A stretch of 64,000 bases of DNA, from the NCBI GenBank assembly GCA_026004395.1, contig BPJB01000001.1, forward strand, positions 713,226 through 777,225, in the 5' to 3' direction. Source of the DNA: Patescibacteria group bacterium (lineage in GTDB: Bacteria; Patescibacteriota; Microgenomatia; Levybacterales; UBA12049). The position numbers were made by a program, and so were the translations under genes. Every line of letters begins with the position of its first letter. Position 1 is the stretch's first letter. The notes beneath the pieces were generated by a model that saw only the letters and a program-made list of their open reading frames with translations, was not told the DNA's origin and did not search any database. Shown here one piece after another: positions 60,371-64,000 of this stretch.

Positions 60371-62038
60371 TTATCTCCTTAAACCAAATAATCTTTTTAA
60401 GAAACCTCCTGATTTAGAAGTCTGATTGGAAGTCTGAGCGCGTTGCTCTGTTGTAGAAGAAATTCTTGCATCGCGTCGTGCATTTTCTATAGCTTTAGCT
60501 TCTGTGTTAAGAACTGTACTTACAGCAAATCCTGCAATCCCATTATTTTCATTAACTCGCGCATCTTGGGCAACCTGACGTGGATTATTCGATTGCCACA
60601 TATTAGAAACGACATCCGCAATATTTCTCCTTTTGCTATCAATTCTCTCCCTTTCGCTATCTCTTGCAACCGGTGTTGTTGGGTGCAATCCTTCTTCCCT
60701 TACAGATTGAGATGGAGCAGCCTGAGGCAGTTGAGATGTCTCATCATCAAGTGGCGATTGTTGACCTTGTTCAAGACGTTGTGTAAGATGGGATGCAGAT
60801 ATACTGCTGAGTCGTTTTCTGAGATCTTCTTCCTCATCAGATACAGATGTTGACTCTACATTCTGTAATGGCTCCTGCGGTCCTCGATCAAGACGAGCAG
60901 TAAGATTTGACGCTGATATTTTTTGGAGAGATTTTCTCACGTCTTGTGCATTAGACTGTTGCGAATTATGATTTAGATCTTCTAAAGGTGAAAGAGGGTC
61001 AGCTGGTCCTTCTTCAAGTCTTGCTGATAAGTTTGATCTGCTTGCCTGTGCTAATTTATGCCTAATGTCAGTATCTGCTGAATACGAAACGTTACCATCT
61101 TGTTTAGAAGTAGGATGTACTTGTTCTCCTCGCACAGATATTTGTGTCACGCGATTTAGGGAGTCAGTGGTTGTATTCCTTCCCAATGTATGCATAAGAT
61201 TACGTACAGCTTGAGTTGAGGGGACTCTATTTTCTGCTGTAGAGACAGTCTGCTGCGCTTTTTCGTTTTGAGCTGTTTCTGCTTGATGAGTAGCTACTGA
61301 TTCTATCTTTTTATTTCTTGTTGCCTCAAAACGTGCGGGAGTTTCAGCATCTGCTGTTACCATAATCCACTGCCTGACTCCCTCAGGATCCACTTCTCGT
61401 AATTTCTCTCTCAAGTTATATCTCATATCCCGTATTCTCTTAAGAGAATGTTTGCTTAATTTGATCTTTACTAATGGTATCTCAGGAGTCTCAAGTTGTT
61501 GAATTTCTCTAAGGAGTAATTCAAATTCTTGTATTTTGATTAAAGCCTTATCTACTGTCCAACCATCTTTAGTTTGCGGAGCGTTAGAATCTATTAAAAA
61601 AGGATTCTTTTGTATTACTTGTTCCACTCGTTTAGTAAGTAGAGCATCTCTAAAAGATTTATTTTCTGCTGCAATACGAATTGCTAGATGAGAATGAAGA
61701 TCTTTGTGTGTTCTAAAAAATTCTTGAAAGAGTTTTTCTCTTGGTCTTCTAACTCTATTCCTATCCAACGCATCATTACCAGTTTTTCTACTCTCTATTG
61801 CAGATAGTTTATGCATGAATTCTGTATATTCATTTGTTTCGGATAAAGATAATGCATCTACTTTGCTTGAGATATCAGAAGGATGATCAAAACGAGACTT
61901 ATTATTCAGGGAAGATGCTTCCTGAGTATTGCCTACTTGTGTATCCATTCGCTTCCTACCATTATCATTCCAATTAAAAGGAAATGCTGTTTCTTGCTGT
62001 TCTCCAAGTATTTGAGGTCTCTCGTCGTTTTCGGACAT
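60371..62038 (-). CDS. Hypothetical protein with internal ~40-aa repeats and an amphipathic C-terminal tail
   Basis: Three D.R..L..(I/A)S.S.L..RL..G...PL repeats; ends KSGGFLKRLFGLRR. Confidence 0.8.
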   Translation of the reverse strand: MSENDERPQILGEQQETAFPFNWNDNGRKRMDTQVGNTQEASSLNNKSRFDHPSDISSKVDALSLSETNEYTEFMHKLSAIESRKTGNDALDRNRVRRPREKLFQEFFRTHKDLHSHLAIRIAAENKSFRDALLTKRVEQVIQKNPFLIDSNAPQTKDGWTVDKALIKIQEFELLLREIQQLETPEIPLVKIKLSKHSLKRIRDMRYNLREKLREVDPEGVRQWIMVTADAETPARFEATRNKKIESVATHQAETAQNEKAQQTVSTAENRVPSTQAVRNLMHTLGRNTTTDSLNRVTQISVRGEQVHPTSKQDGNVSYSADTDIRHKLAQASRSNLSARLEEGPADPLSPLEDLNHNSQQSNAQDVRKSLQKISASNLTARLDRGPQEPLQNVESTSVSDEEEDLRKRLSSISASHLTQRLEQGQQSPLDDETSQLPQAAPSQSVREEGLHPTTPVARDSERERIDSKRRNIADVVSNMWQSNNPRQVAQDARVNENNGIAGFAVSTVLNTEAKAIENARRDARISSTTEQRAQTSNQTSKSGGFLKRLFGLRR

Positions 62039-62281
62039 ACGACTAATATAATCATGTATTCTTTGGCAAATGTCAAGTAAGTACTTTAAATTAAGTAATT
62101 TAACGATTTTCTTAATACTAATTACAGGTAAAATTATTTCCTCGTTAAGTTAAAAAATTTATAGCTAAATAGATGGAAATGAATGCATCTTAATGATGCT
62201 AACGCATTGTAAGCAAATAGATTAAAAAAAATAGACTGAAAATTAAATAAAAGTCAATTTGATTACAATAACTAATTAACA

Positions 62282-64000
62282 TCAATGATGATGATTATTA
62301 TGGATAAGAGAATAAATCATTCGTTGTTGATATTGAACAACAATCGTTGGATACTCTTCTGAGATTTTTTCGATCTCCTTCTGATTTCTTGCAATAAGTC
62401 CTTCTTGATTTTCACGAACAATTTGTATTGCTTTTTTGAGTATTGGTTTTTTAATTAACTTCTCTACTCTATCAAGATATTCCAATACTGCATATGAGGT
62501 GAAAATACGAGCTCTTAAAAGACCGTATCTATCATTTACCAGGCTCTCATCTGTTATTCCCAGAATCCTACTTAACAATTTATACTTACTTACAAATCTC
62601 CTCAAACTAAGTAATCTTTTCCTAAAGGACACACCACTTTTTACTTTTCCTTCTTTATCCATTGCCCTTGTTCCAAACATCTCAGGATATTCAAGAGCAT
62701 CCTGCTGAAGATCTAGTTCTGATTCAAATGTATGTAATACTGTTTCTGTAAATCTGCCTTGTTCATATAGTTTGTGAAGTGTTCGACGCTCAATATCTAA
62801 TGCTTCTAGTTTTAAGCTCTGAAGAAATTCTGTAAAAGTAGAATGCTCAAGAAGATCTTTTCTATATTTAGCCTCCTGTTTCTCAAGTTCTTCATTAATG
62901 GCAGTAATTATATGTAGATCAAACTCTCGTCTAGAAAGAGCTTTCAGTCTTTTCCTCATCTCCTCTATCTCAAAAAGACTTTTTTCATCCTTAATAATTT
63001 GCACTTCGCGCGGTGGCAAATGTAATTTTAACTTCAAAAGAAGCCAGCGAATTGTAAGTCCGTTGACAAACAATGTGAAAAGAAGTGTAGCAAATGTAAA
63101 TTGCAATAAAAGTTCTCTGTACCCAAATGTTTCAGGAAGAGAGTACACTAACACAAGAGGAATTACACCTCGAAGACCACCCCAATTAAGAATATGCTGC
63201 CATTGAATTGGAAGATTCGGCTCATCTTTAAAGAATGAAAATCTATTACTAATAAATGCAGAAACATAGACAGAAATAGCTCGTGCAACCAAAACTGAAA
63301 AAACAACAATCGCAAGATTACCTATATTTCTTCCAAAAATATCAAAGTCAAGACTGAAGGATGCGAAAAAGAAGACAAGTGAAAGTGATATAAAACCAAA
63401 GTATTCCCAATATTCTTCAATAAAGTGCATCACTTGTGAAGGAATCTTCGTTCGGCCGAAATTACCTACAGTAATTCCCATCATTACTGTAGTAATAACT
63501 CCCGAAAGATGGAAGAAATGTTCAGCTGCTGCAAATGATCCAATCGCAAACCCTGTTGTTAGAGCAGTAAGAGTTACTCGTTCATTTTTTATATGAGCAA
63601 ATATATAGGATGCCGCATAACCTATAACTATTCCAACTAAAATACTTCCTAAAAACACATAAAGAAATTCCATCGTGCTATCAAAAAGACTCTCTAACTT
63701 AAATACTTGATTAGCAACGACAAACGCTGAGATTGCACGAAATGCGATCACTGCGGTAGCATCATTAAACATACTTTCTCCATCGGCAACAAGTGCAAGA
63801 CGTTTTGGAGCACCAAGAGTTTTAAATAAAGCAAGAACCGCAATAGGATCAGTTGCTGAAATGATTGCGCCAAAAAGAAGCGCTATACCAAACGGAAGAC
63901 CAATAGCTAAAGCTAAAATCAGTCCAATTACGAATATCGATAAGAGAAGTCCAAATGTTGCAAGAAAAGTAATCGTCTTAAATTGAAGCCTAAATTGATG
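62282..64000 (-). CDS. CPA1 Na+/H+ antiporter (5' end outside the window)
   Basis: Frame open to the edge: FGAIISATDPIAVL, DGESMFNDATA, HLSGVI, WGGLRGVIPLVL. Confidence 0.93.
   Translation of the reverse strand, partial: HQFRLQFKTITFLATFGLLLSIFVIGLILALAIGLPFGIALLFGAIISATDPIAVLALFKTLGAPKRLALVADGESMFNDATAVIAFRAISAFVVANQVFKLESLFDSTMEFLYVFLGSILVGIVIGYAASYIFAHIKNERVTLTALTTGFAIGSFAAAEHFFHLSGVITTVMMGITVGNFGRTKIPSQVMHFIEEYWEYFGFISLSLVFFFASFSLDFDIFGRNIGNLAIVVFSVLVARAISVYVSAFISNRFSFFKDEPNLPIQWQHILNWGGLRGVIPLVLVYSLPETFGYRELLLQFTFATLLFTLFVNGLTIRWLLLKLKLHLPPREVQIIKDEKSLFEIEEMRKRLKALSRREFDLHIITAINEELEKQEAKYRKDLLEHSTFTEFLQSLKLEALDIERRTLHKLYEQGRFTETVLHTFESELDLQQDALEYPEMFGTRAMDKEGKVKSGVSFRKRLLSLRRFVSKYKLLSRILGITDESLVNDRYGLLRARIFTSYAVLEYLDRVEKLIKKPILKKAIQIVRENQEGLIARNQKEIEKISEEYPTIVVQYQQRMIYSLIHNNHHH

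Noticed and set aside
2218-63206. Many short ORFs antisense to or nested in assigned genes (e.g. 2513..3100, 18673..19062, 42964..43368, 60443..60853)
   Set aside because: They are shadow ORFs of well-supported genes with no recognisable motifs.

Overview
AT-rich bacterial chromosomal segment. Gene content and style suggest Patescibacteria/CPR, probably Microgenomates (inference): efp, pepA, dnaB, hisS, rpmE, prfA, rpsF-ssb-rpsR, ychF, lepB, HtrA/CtpA/SurA, many short membrane and orphan genes, and many apparently leaderless genes. There are two tRNAs, tRNA-Leu(CAA) and a tRNA-Ser with the unusual anticodon ACT. The tRNA-Ser is followed by a defence/accessory island: XRE, beta-class DNA MTase, HNH nuclease, Mrr and SRPBCC. 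In that island a ~26-bp direct repeat sits right after the stop codons of mrr and SRPBCC. The copies read as the peptide EFAAKE, differ at synonymous positions, and resemble (from memory) the N-terminus of CPR large serine recombinases, suggesting an integron-like cassette system. Other notable items are a Rad52/Sak-like gene with an out-of-frame Zn finger, flanking RNA hairpins and an uncalled YegP-like gene; a perfect 36-bp palindrome forming a symmetric bidirectional promoter; an orphan ECF sigma factor next to a tandem-HTH protein; and a repeat protein ending in a MinD-like membrane-targeting tail. At least seven genes are interrupted (pseudogenes or assembly errors). No rRNA, CRISPR array or intact transposase/integrase was seen. 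All family assignments are from motif recognition, not database searches.
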